A stretch of 41,437 bases of DNA from Lates japonicus (Eukaryota). Where the stretch lies: positions 3,846,968 to 3,888,404 of the forward strand of contig BRZM01000010.1 in the NCBI GenBank assembly GCA_033238685.1, in the 5' to 3' direction. Below the pieces are notes generated by a model. The model was given only the letters and a program-made list of their open reading frames with translations. It was not told the DNA's origin and did not search any database. The position numbers and the translations under genes were made by a program. Below, piece after piece: positions 31,498-41,427 of the stretch; within the stretch, counting starts at the first letter, position 1, and the number at the start of each line of letters is the position of its first letter.

Positions 31498-31587
31498 GCT
31501 GCATCTGATGATGAGGAGCTGAAAGAAGAAGATGAATCTTCATCCAAAGAGGAAAAGAAAGATGAGGAGGACAAGGACAAAAAAGAG
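31498..31587 (+). CDS. ApoL-domain gene, exon 29 (acidic)
   Basis: Acceptor ggtttgttttag; donor GAG|gtcatt. Encodes AASDDEELKEEDESSSKEEKKDEEDKDKKE. Confidence 0.6.
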
Positions 31588-31761
31588 GTCATTTAATTAA
31601 TTCCCTCTGCTTCATTTTTGCTTGTCGGTTTTTTTAGTTTGATTTTGACATTGATAGTCATCACAAACATTTTACTGTAAATACAGCTGAAGGAATATTT
31701 CAGAGTTTGATGTATATGTTCCCTGAGGTAACACTTAAATCCTGTTTTGTCTTCCTTTTAG

Positions 31762-31812
31762 ACCAAAGTCAAGAAACCTAAGCGACACAATCCGTTTATG
31801 CCACGGGTCAAG
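31762..31812 (+). CDS. ApoL-domain gene, exon 30 (HNPFMPRV module)
   Basis: Acceptor cttccttttag; donor AAG|gtaaca. Encodes TKVKKPKRHNPFMPRVK. Confidence 0.6.
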
Positions 31813-32853
31813 GTAACATTGAAACACATGACATATGACTGACAAACTTGTTTCCTCCCATGTCAGTAGTACCTCTCACTGGAGTCACATCTTTCACATC
31901 CCTACAACCTAATCAAAATGAATCAGATATTTTTGGGGGGGTTGGGGAAACAGTGGATTTATTTCAGTGTGGAGCCCTTGCAGCAGGCAGTGTATTTCTA
32001 TGTGCTACTGAACAAGACAAACTATAATTTGAGTTGACTGATCCAGACTGACGTCACATGTGACGCATCCACCCGTGTCAGGCATTCAATGGTTGTTAGT
32101 CTTTGCAAATTAAATTCAATGTTGAATATACGAGCGATCATGTGAAAGAAGCTGATGTCAGTGGGTGTTAACTAACAAAAACAAAACTTCCAGAGGAGGT
32201 TTGGTGATTTCCAATAAAGACAACACCAACCCATGTAAAATCCAAAGCTTTGTCAAAAAATACTACCTGCTCCATAGTGCAGTAGGAACTTGGAACTGAA
32301 CTTTGAATCATACACAATTTTCCCTCTCTGAGACAGAACAGATCTGAAGGCAGAAATTATCTACTTGTTTGAATTATTCTGTTAAGTGTTTTGATGATGG
32401 TAGTGGAGAGAGCTGTCTGACACCCTCCCATACTGTAGCTGTTCAGTTGGGTTGAGATCTCGTGACCATAAGCATCATTTTCATACTGATCATATCATTC
32501 AATGAACCTTTGTGACCTTTATCTGGTTTGTTTCTCCATTCGTATGCTTAGTGTATAGTTTGCCACCTGTTTGTATCTCTCTTGCTGCTGACTGAGGATA
32601 TGAAGTCTTGCCATGTTATTTTGGCAAGATAAGTTACTGTGGCATAGATGAAACTCCAAACACATATTATCTTTAGGAGCTAATCTTTGACCTAGTTACC
32701 TACCTGCTAACTTGAAGATCAGGGAAAATTAAAATAAGAAGTTACTGTGACATTGATATTTTGTCCAGTGTGCCTTTTTGCTTTGTAACATATATAAGCT
32801 AAATTTCTATTTATAATACAGGTGCTTTAATGGTGTGTTTGTCTTTGTTTCAG

Positions 32854-32907
32854 GCCAAAGCTGTACAGAGGCATGCAGGGGACGGAGCTGCAGACAATAC
32901 AGCAGAG
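32854..32907 (+). CDS. ApoL-domain gene, exon 31
   Basis: Acceptor gtctttgtttcag; donor GAG|gtagag. Encodes AKAVQRHAGDGAADNTAE. Confidence 0.6.
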
Positions 32908-33656
32908 GTAGAGAGAAGAAAACACACATCAGTCTTTGCTTCTCTGAGACAGAAAATTGTATTTGACGTTGCTTCTCTTTCTGACTTCTCCTTTCTTAAG
33001 TTGCCTGGCACACACACTAAGCTTTGAACTAAAAGCAACTTCTACCCATTTCCCACCCAGTCGATATCAGAATATTTGTCCATGGGACTGACATGTTGCG
33101 GTCTTACTCATTGTGGTTCAAGATAACAGACAACAGGTCTGTTTCAGTCACCTGATCCCTCCACTCCTCCTCCCTGAAAACAACCTCTTTCTTGCAGTTA
33201 TTTACAGTGTTTGTCTCCAGGGCGTCTACTCAGCTCCCAACAGAGACTATTATAGCCAACATGCTCTGCTGTTGTTTTGTCCCTCCGCTGCTGACATGAA
33301 ACCCACCCCCACACCTTCACACGGTGTTTGTGCATGTCTGTAACATGGAAGATGAGCTGAGATTAGGTTACAATGTGCCCAGACTTGTTTCTCTGCTTCC
33401 CTTTTCATTGTGTCCATGGAAAAGTTTGGCTCTCTTTACTTCTGCAAAAGCGGCAGTCAGACCATTCAAAATCCCTTATACCATCACTTCCCTTCTCTTA
33501 GTCTGAGCACACATCATATAAAAAGTGAAACTGAGTATATGTGATAAGTTCAGTTAAGTAAGATAAGTTTCAGTCTTGTCTCACTGATATAAACTTCAAC
33601 AACACTAAGAGATTTTGTCTCAACATTTTAAAGCTGTATTATTTCTGTTTTTGCAG

Positions 33657-33734
33657 AATGAAGGTGGAAACAGGTCCTTGTTTGACCAGCTGGAGGACTT
33701 CCGTATTGATCCAGCACAGCCTGAAAATGAGCAG
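33657..33734 (+). CDS. ApoL-domain gene, exon 32
   Basis: Acceptor tctgtttttgcag; donor CAG|gttggt. Encodes NEGGNRSLFDQLEDFRIDPAQPENEQ. Confidence 0.6.
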
Positions 33735-33842
33735 GTTGGTCTCTGAAACAAGATATGTCACCAAATTTAGATTCTGATACAGTCTGATGCGCCATTATTT
33801 ACTGTTTATAGCATCTGTTAAAATGCAAATGGTATCTTTCAG

Positions 33843-33882
33843 GATGTGGAGGATCTTATGGAATGGTGGAACACAGTGGAGT
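33843..33882 (+). CDS. ApoL-domain gene, exon 33
   Basis: Acceptor tggtatctttcag; donor T|gtgagt. Encodes DVEDLMEWWNTVE(S) and ends phase 1. The alternative donor two nt upstream gives an immediate stop in the next exon, so it was rejected. Confidence 0.5.
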
Positions 33883-33899
33883 GTGAGTTACAATAAAAT

Positions 33900-34375
33900 G
33901 TTTATCATTTTGTTTAGCTTTTTTGTGGGGTTTACTCTGAGGGTACAGGGCCGAATTTTGAGTTTTTTCTATAAGCACTTTCACTACATGACCAAAAGTA
34001 TATGGACGACTCTGTTTACATACATCTACATGCTGCTTTTCAAGGTTTGGGCCACAAAATCTGAATGCTACAGCATCAAATTTTAGACAGTAGTGTACAG
34101 TTTGAGGAAATCCCTCTCCAGCTTCAACATGACAATGCACAAAGCCAGATGAATATCATCAGTGCTGGACCTCACCAGTGCTGTAATGGTTGAATGGGAC
34201 CAAATCCCTGCAGTCAGGTTCAAAAATCTGGTAGAAGACCTGAAACCAGAAGAGTCTTATATGGGTCTCATATAGCAGCAGATAATGCTCATGGTTTTGA
34301 AATTAGATGTTCAACAAGCACATGAGCATCATGTTCTGGTGCCCACATACTTTTGGCCAAGTAATGTGTGTGAGA
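33900..34375 (+). mobile_element. Tc1/mariner-like transposase remnant (C-terminal DDE region), intronic
   Basis: Frameshifted translation gives ...LQLQHDNAQSQMNIISAG... and ...EWDQIPAVRFKNLVEDLKPEESYMGLI.... These resemble Tc1 motifs (QQDNAPCHTA... / EEWSKIP..LV.SMP.R...VI.AKGG.T.Y). The typical Tc1 end tacttttggccaag is present. Confidence 0.45.
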
Positions 34376-34421
34376 TGATGAGAAAGATAACAATTGTTCT
34401 TTCTTAATTTTACTTCCTCAG

Positions 34422-34473
34422 CATGGGAAGACACGCCTCAAGATGATGACATGACAGAAAAAGAAGAGGCCAA
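34422..34473 (+). CDS. ApoL-domain gene, exon 34
   Basis: Acceptor ttacttcctcag; donor AA|gtaagt. Encodes (S)WEDTPQDDDMTEKEEA(K). Confidence 0.55.
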
Positions 34474-34712
34474 GTAAGTGAAGGGTCAAATATATAAGCC
34501 CATACTGCATCTTTTCTTCGGTCTCTTCAGTATACCTTTTTCTCTTAATTCTAGTGGTATTTAGGCATGCAGATGCTTTCAGTTTTATGCACATACTACT
34601 ACTAATACACTACTGTCTGCATGTCTACATACACTGGCGTAAGTAGAAAAAATGTCATTTTTAGATACAGTGACCTGGCTCTATGTAATTACTCTCAACA
34701 TTATGTATTCAG

Positions 34713-35670
34713 GGCATTTGCTGTGACGGCTGAAAAGGTGCAGAAGGGAATCCGTGTCTTCAACAAACTGTTCTCGGAGCGCGCTGAGAGTCTCTGGCAG
34801 CACGTCATCGACCTCAACGGCATTGCTGATGCCCTGGACAAGTTCAACAAGAAAACAAAGATCGCTCAAATCACCGGCGGCTCCACTAGCGCCATTGGGG
34901 GTGTTGCCACCATCGCCGGCCTTGCTCTGGCCCCAGTCACTATGGGAACCTCTTTGATTGTGACGGCAGTGGGATTGGGCGTTGCCACAGCGGGCGGTCT
35001 GACATCAGCAGGTGCCGGCATCTCCAACCAGGTCAACAACTCAATGGACCGCAAGAAGGTGGAGAAGATCGTGGAAGACTACCAGGAAAAGATGGTGGAC
35101 TTGAACAAGTGCCTGAAATTCATCAAGCAGGGTATTGAGAACCTGCGCAAATTTGACCTGATCAAGATGAAAAAACATGCATACAATCGTGACTTCCCTG
35201 TGCTCAGTAGTAGTTTCTATGAGGACGGTGCCATGGCAGGAAAAGCTATCCTCATCAACGCCAATGAGATCATGCGTGTGGTTCAGATCGCCAACGTGGC
35301 CGGCAGCACAGCAGCCAGAGCGGTGCAGATCGCCAGCATGGCCACTGGTGTGCTCACTGGCCTCTTCGTAGGTATGGACATCTACTTTGTGGCTAAAGAC
35401 TCCAAAGAACTCAAGAAAGGAGCAAAGTCAGAGTTCGCTGCCAAAATCAGGGAGGTGGCAACACAACTGCACGATGGTCTGGTGGAGCTCAACTCAATAC
35501 GAGAGGAGCTGCAGTCCACCACACCAGAAAACAACCCTGACAAAGATACAGCTGCTTTGGATGATGACAAGAAAGAGAAAGATGATAGATATGACAGTTC
35601 AGAAGAAGATGAAATTGACCGCATTAAAAAAGCCATCAAAAAGGACTATGAGAATCGAGAATATGTGTGA
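34713..35670 (+). CDS. ApoL-domain gene, terminal coding exon: apolipoprotein-L family domain
   Basis: Acceptor cattatgtattcag; an alternative acceptor tcatttttag at 34664 would add 16 in-frame codons. Encodes (K)AFAVTAEKVQKGIRVFNKLFSERAESLWQHVIDLNGIADALDKFNKKTKIAQITGGSTSAIGGVATIAGLALAPVTMGTSLIVTAVGLGVATAGGLTSAGAGISNQVNNSMDRKKVEKIVEDYQEKMVDLNKCLKFIKQG...GMDIYFVAKDSKELKKGAKSEFAAKIREVATQLHDGLVELNSIREELQ..., then an acidic tail and TGA at 35668-35670. The Gly/Ala-rich membrane-insertion hairpin and overall layout match the ApoL family (Pfam PF05461). Confidence 0.8.
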
Positions 35671-36328
35671 ACAAAACTTCCAAAAGAACCGACTCAAAAC
35701 TACAATCAGACTTATTGTGAATGTCCAAAGAGGTGACTTCACTCTTGATGAAATACACAGGTTTCTAAAACTTCTAGATTTTTCTTTTAGGTAAGTGACT
35801 GCGAGGAATCTGATCAGCATTTACACTACAGGGAGGAACTGAGGTTTTGTGGTAGATAAAGTATCGTATCTGCTTCTCAGGCAGTTATGCCAACGTGTGA
35901 AACTGCCGTGTTGTCTATGAGAAAGTGGGATTTAAATAAATCATGTATTCGGATGGTGTAGTTTTAGATTAATTCAAGATATACTATAGGTGCAAAGTAT
36001 TTTCTATTTGTACTTTATAAAGTGTTGCTTAGAAGTTCATCAGAGTTTATTGGTTCATATTGAAACACTGGGGCTTTTACTGACCAGCTGTAGAGATTGT
36101 GTATACTCAAAGAGAGGAGTGCCTTTATTATTTATAATGCCTTTGAAATACTATATGATGCAGAGCAGCATTAATGTGTTTCTTCTCTTTTTTTTTCTTT
36201 TTGTTGTTGTTGTTTGGGGTGTCAGGGCTGCAATGAAACCACTTCCCTTCCACTTCAGGTTTTGGATATGATGTGGGATATTTTAATGTCTTGTTTGGCT
36301 TGATGACATTGGTCTGATTTTGAAGAAT

Positions 36329-36341
36329 AATAAACAATAAA
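36329..36341 (+). terminator. Tandem poly(A) signals (AATAAA x2), probable 3' end of the ApoL-domain transcript
   Basis: aataataaacaataaacactaataag lies about 660 nt downstream of the stop codon, with no competing exon-like signal in between. Confidence 0.4.
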
Positions 36342-37017
36342 CACTAATAAGTTTTGTTTTAAAGCTGCTTCCAAAAGAGCCGAATGACAAAATTATAGTG
36401 AGGAAGAACACAATTGGGTTGCATCAGCTGTTCATAAGTCAATCACTAATTTTGAGTGTTAAGTCCTTTCTAAGTCACTAGCTATTGCAAAAGCAGTGAT
36501 TTGCGAAATACGGTTTTGCCTCAAGATGAACGTTGAGATTGATGAACAGACCTTGTAATGTGACATAATGAAAGATCAGTGGGGTGGCGTCCAGGATGCC
36601 CCACAACACCCCGACAAAAAAATGATGAATGAACATGGCATTACGGTTATATTGCCCCTTGTTGGTTTGGCATGCTTTAGACTGGGTGTTTACAATTTCT
36701 TGACCCACCTTCCCAACAAGACACAAGAATGTGAACGATGGTTGGTCAAACTTATAGTGTTGACAATCTCCCGACCAAGACATGGAAAGAATTTATGGCA
36801 CCATATGTGCATAGTCTGACGTGGTGACCATCGTGAAAGACAAACCAATAGTGTAGTCTGATCCTGGCATAAGAAACCTATTACTGGTCATTTAATCTAA
36901 CATTATATTATTTTGTAATTTGGTGGTAAATTCTGTTTCTTCCCAGTTTAAATCATTAGTAAAGAGCATATTGATCAAGTGTGAAAGTCAGCTATTGTCA
37001 TTACTTCTAAAATTCCT

Positions 37018-37095
37018 AACTGGTCATACTAGCAAGCTAACGTTAGCTGTGTCAGTTTGTTCCGTTAGCTAGACAGCAGTTACACCTGACATTCA
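37018..37095. repeat. Interspersed repeat fragment carrying palindromic agctaacgttagct / gttagctag motifs
   Basis: It contains the perfect 14-nt palindrome agctaacgttagct and the nearby ccgttagctagac. A similar motif cluster (ttagctaactgaagttagtattgctaaccagctagcc) occurs at 31238-31275. Such gctaacgttagc strings are typical of multicopy teleost elements; assigning a family would need a repeat library. Confidence 0.3.
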
Positions 37096-38754
37096 CTTGG
37101 TGTAAATATTTAATAGCAACTAATCCCTACATGAGAAATAGTCCATGTGGAGCAATTTAGAAGTGTTTTATGTGTTCACTCAGTAAACACACACAGCTGG
37201 TGCAACCGACTCAAGGCACAGCCATTGGTTTTTAATGATGTTTTCTGTTGTATTAGTTGCTTTAATGGTTTCCAGGTGTTTAAAAAAAAGATCCTTGTTA
37301 GATGACTGGAATGACACAGGACTGACTCACCCTGTCCTGAAAACAATCATGTCCTTTATCGGAGCAATCAAGACTTATTTCAAAGTCGAGGTTTGATCTG
37401 TACTGTAAGCTCTCACAACTGCCTGTTGTTTTACTTCATATTTATTTTCCGGTCTTATTCTGGGTTGAGCTGGTTATTCGGTGATACCTATTTTTATGTG
37501 CAATATGCTGTAAAACTTTATGTGTAATAAATGTAAATGTAAAAATTGTTAATAAAAAGTAAGAGAAACACTTTGTCAATCTGTATATTTTATGCAAGTG
37601 AACAAACAATTTATCTCCTTCTACCGATGACTGCACTTGCTGAGTTGGTATTTGTTCAGTTAATAAGCAAGATAAACTCATTTGTCAGTGTCACTCAGCA
37701 CCGTTTACTTTTCTTCAGAGATTTCCATGATGATCCTGGGTGAGGTATGTTAGCTGCAAATGTCTCCATCACCCTTTAAAAAACATTTCGGCATAGGCTG
37801 TTTAACCTTTTATCTGTACTGTTACAAAACAAAAGGCCAATAACCACCTTTCAGTGGTTTCCCTTATGAAAAAACTCAGTCCTGATGCAGATGAAATAGG
37901 GATAAAAGCCCCTGGATGCAGGATGACTCACCTGGGGAAATTCTGGGAACTGAAAATAAAGTTTTAAGATTATTTTTATAGCTGTGATTTAAGATGAATA
38001 AGCTGTATATTAAAATTATATTTGTATATCATATTTGAACTAAATTAAAGATCAGTAGATTTAAATGTAGTGGTCCAAATGATTAATCAGTATGTGATAT
38101 CAATAGACCTTTGACACCTTCAGATGCAGAGAGTGAGTTCCTATGATTTCACTCTTAATGTGTCAGTGTTTGGACTTCTATTTTTGGAACAGCTCCCATC
38201 ACGTTTGGATTTTCATTACATGTTATTGACACTCCTGAAACTGATGAGTCAGAGTCTCACTGCCTGGGAACCAGAGGCCCACAGATACAGGTAGACCTCA
38301 AACTGGCCACGCCCAACTCCCAGGTGAATCCACTGCCATCACAAAGCCAGAGAGGAGACAACGGTTTCAGATCTTGCATCCTCTCCAGACCAGACCAGGT
38401 GAGATATTGAACTATCATCCTATGGGGATTTGTTGACTGAGATCTTCTGTGTGGTAGGATTTCTCCTCATTATATTTCAGACTTTTTCACTGTGAGGATT
38501 TGTGGCACAGAGGTTCTCAGGGCGTGTTTTGGTTTGCTTAAGATGCTTTGTTCGACCTATAACTGATGTTGCCTTTGGGTGGTGTCGGATATATTTCGAT
38601 TACTCAACACGGTAAATACACTTGTGAAACATGGGAACATGAGACAGACAGGTATGGTGGCGCATATGAGGTGAAGAGGGAGGAACAACTGTTGCTGACA
38701 GAGACGTGGCTAAATAAATAGCATTGCATGCTCCTATTTTCAACCAATTGATAT

Positions 38755-38781
38755 TCATATATATATATATATATATATATA
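38755..38781. repeat. (AT)n microsatellite
   Basis: atatatatatatatatatatatata is read directly from the sequence. Confidence 0.9.
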
Positions 38782-39194
38782 ATTATTATTGTTTGTATTT
38801 AAAATCACATTGCATTGCATTCTCTCTAATGCAAAGCCCGTGTGTAGTTTGACCAGTCAAATATATCACCGTTTTAATAAAACCACAAACTATTTTTCCA
38901 TCTTGTCTCAGCAAAAACTGCATGAAAGAAATGTATCTATACTGAGTTATAATGTAAAATCTGCATAAAACATAAAAATGAAATATTTGTCATCATATTT
39001 TTGTATGTTTATTGTACAAAATATATATTTGCATTTTATTTACAGAGTATATTTTGTCTAAATGTAAAAAATGTGAATTTGAAAACATTATACATTAACC
39101 TGACATATGGGGAAGTCCCATCTTTATACTTCTGAGTAAATATGTAAATAAATCCAACACAGTTTTTACTGTACATAACAACACACACACAAAT

Positions 39195-39404
39195 CACTTC
39201 AGGAGACTTCGGAGATGGGATTTCTGAGGTTTTGAGGAGCTCTTGAACGCATCATGCGTGCAGATGTTGTGTGGGTGTGGTGAAGTTTTAAAAACTCTTG
39301 GGAATATCTTATCGTTGAAGGAGTCGCCAGTGCACGCCGCTAAGATTTTGTTTGTGTGGCGTAAACTGAATGTTAAATCTCTCTGAAGTGTCTTCAAACC
39401 CTCG
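39195..39404 (+). other. Possible non-coding first exon (5' leader) of the downstream gene
   Basis: A locally GC-richer block (...gcacgccgctaagattttgtttgtgtggcgtaaactg...) ends in a good donor CTCG|gtaggt at 39405. It has no long ORF and is on the same strand as the coding exon at 41375. The start coordinate is a guess. Confidence 0.2.
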
Positions 39405-41374
39405 GTAGGTGAAAGCGCTCAGTCTGACATGAGAGACATTTAGTTTCTGTGTCTTCAGAGTCGTAATTATTTATAATTCACCGTCCATTTAAGTGTCGAG
39501 TGGAGTTTTGGTTTTGACTTCAGCTGGCTGCAGATTTAGGAAATGTGTATTGCTGTACTTCTCCATATGTTTCATACTGTAACTTAAAGTGGCCACTGTA
39601 ACGTGTATTTCCTTCTTATAGTAACACGTCGTGACACTTGGTTTGATCAGTTGCAGAAGTGGTTGACTGTGTTAGCTGTCATATACTCTGCACTTAAACA
39701 GTACTGAGATACTTGTACTTTAGAATCACCGTTTTTACCTTTCACTGTACTGCATATTGTTGACTGGATTAAGACCTTGCAAGAAGAACATGGTGCACAG
39801 AGATATGATGAATTGCTAAGTGCTGTTTTGCTGCTGATACAGGAGTACTTTGACTGCTTTACCAAACATCTGAAGGATCCAGGTTCTCAAATGTGAGGAT
39901 TTGTTGTTTTTCTTTGTCTTACAACACAGTAAATTGAATATTTTGTGATTTTGGGGTTGTTGGTCAGTCAAAACATTAACTTGTCCTCTGGGATAATTTG
40001 TTGGACTTTTTTTTTTTTTTACTGTTTCCTGATGTTTTACAAACTAAAATATTGATGGAGATGATAATTGGCTGATTAATCAATAGGGAAAATACTCATT
40101 ATTAACTGGTTATTTATCTGATGTAAAAAATGTGTCTTATTGTCTGACTAATAGTCAAAAAGCCAAAGATATTCAGTGTACCACTATAGAAGACTAGGGA
40201 AATCTTCAAATTGTTTGCATTTTAAAATCTTTTTTTCTTTCTTATTATTATGTTTTTGTTTTGTTTTTTATAAAAGTAATAAGTAAGTCTATTAAATATA
40301 TTCGTACCATGTCTGGGACTCAGTGGTAAACTTGGACAAGTTTCATAATATCAGACTTTATTGTTCAGGCTGTGATATTTAACTGACAAGTTATTGTCAG
40401 ACTAACAAAACCAAACAGTGAAGATAATACCTGGCTTCAATTATTTATGGGATTTTAGTGTCTTTTTTTAGCCGTCACAAGACGTATTTATCAGTGATTG
40501 ATGACCTCTTATACAGAAACATGTGCTGAATACGTCATGATTATGCAGCATTTTGTGACTTAACCAGTTCAGGAGGATATGCCTTCTTCATGGCAGGATG
40601 GCTGACTCGTCATGGGAGGAAAAGCACAGGTGAATTACAGGTATTATTTATACCTGTGCTTCTCCCACCATGACAAGTCAAAATGTGTGCCATGAAAAAG
40701 GCCTGTTAGCTGATTTGTTCAGTGGCACTAAGTGGATTATGGGACACACAGGGCTGCAAAAGATAAAACTGTCTTCTCAATTGACATGTTAGAAATCAGT
40801 ATTTTAAAAAGCTCTTTCCACAGCAGACATTTTGGCTCTGTCATAGCATGAAACACACAGGTGTTACTAATGACATTAACGAGCATTAGCAAGAGCTCTG
40901 CTCCATGTCGGTGTCCCAGGAGACCAGCATGTACAGCACCTGAGCTGTGCCCCTGATTCTATACTTCATACTGATTTCCATGTTGGTTTGTCTGCTTTCA
41001 AAACAAGTCAGTGTGTGCTCTAATACTGCTTTAAAACTCCTGAGTATTACTGTGCTTTTCCTCCAAGCATGCATTTGCACAGAGGAATGGAGGAACTGCT
41101 AACAGCTGCAAAACATTAAAACAAATCACAGATGGTGGCGAGACAAGACAGAAATGTCTTGGAAGATGAAATGCATATTAAATCTTTGGGGAAAGCATTT
41201 TCTCTGTCCTGTTAGTGTGAACTGTAAAGTATATTGATTTCTTCTTGCTGGAGGACGTCTGCTGTGGAGAACGGTGGAAGTTGGTTTCTTGTTTAAAGCA
41301 ATGATGCTTGAGTCTGAAATCAGCACAGACACAGTCAAATTTAACAACTGTATCTCTCTGTATTGTTTCTACAG

Positions 41375-41427
41375 GCAGGATGGAGGCGTGTATGGTGAAG
41401 CCAGAAGTCAAAAAGAAACCAAAGCCG
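41375..41427 (+). CDS. First coding exon of an unidentified + strand gene; CDS begins at ATG 41380
   Basis: Acceptor tattgtttctacag, then GCAGG ATG GAG GCG TGT ATG GTG AAG CCA GAA GTC AAA AAG AAA CCA AAG CCG|gtgaga. Encodes MEACMVKPEVKKKPKP, a basic Lys/Pro-rich N-terminus. The gene continues beyond the window. Confidence 0.4.

Noticed and set aside
34866-35639. Several 62-85-aa minus-strand and alternative-frame + ORFs inside the ApoL exon (34866-35054, 35177-35371, 35382-35639, 35387-35794)
   Set aside because: All overlap the 349-aa + strand ORF, which has unambiguous ApoL-domain similarity. Their translations are low-complexity Ala/Ser/Pro-rich or out-of-frame readings of the same DNA.
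36128-36337. 69-aa minus-strand ORF with NNNNKKKKKEKK
   Set aside because: It is the reverse complement of the T-rich 3'UTR and poly(A)-signal region of the ApoL gene. It is low-complexity and a chance ORF.
40886-41411. Three minus-strand ORFs (64-77 aa) at the window end
   Set aside because: They have no splice signals or domain resemblance, and they overlap the + strand ATG exon, which has much better splice and Kozak context. They were judged noise.
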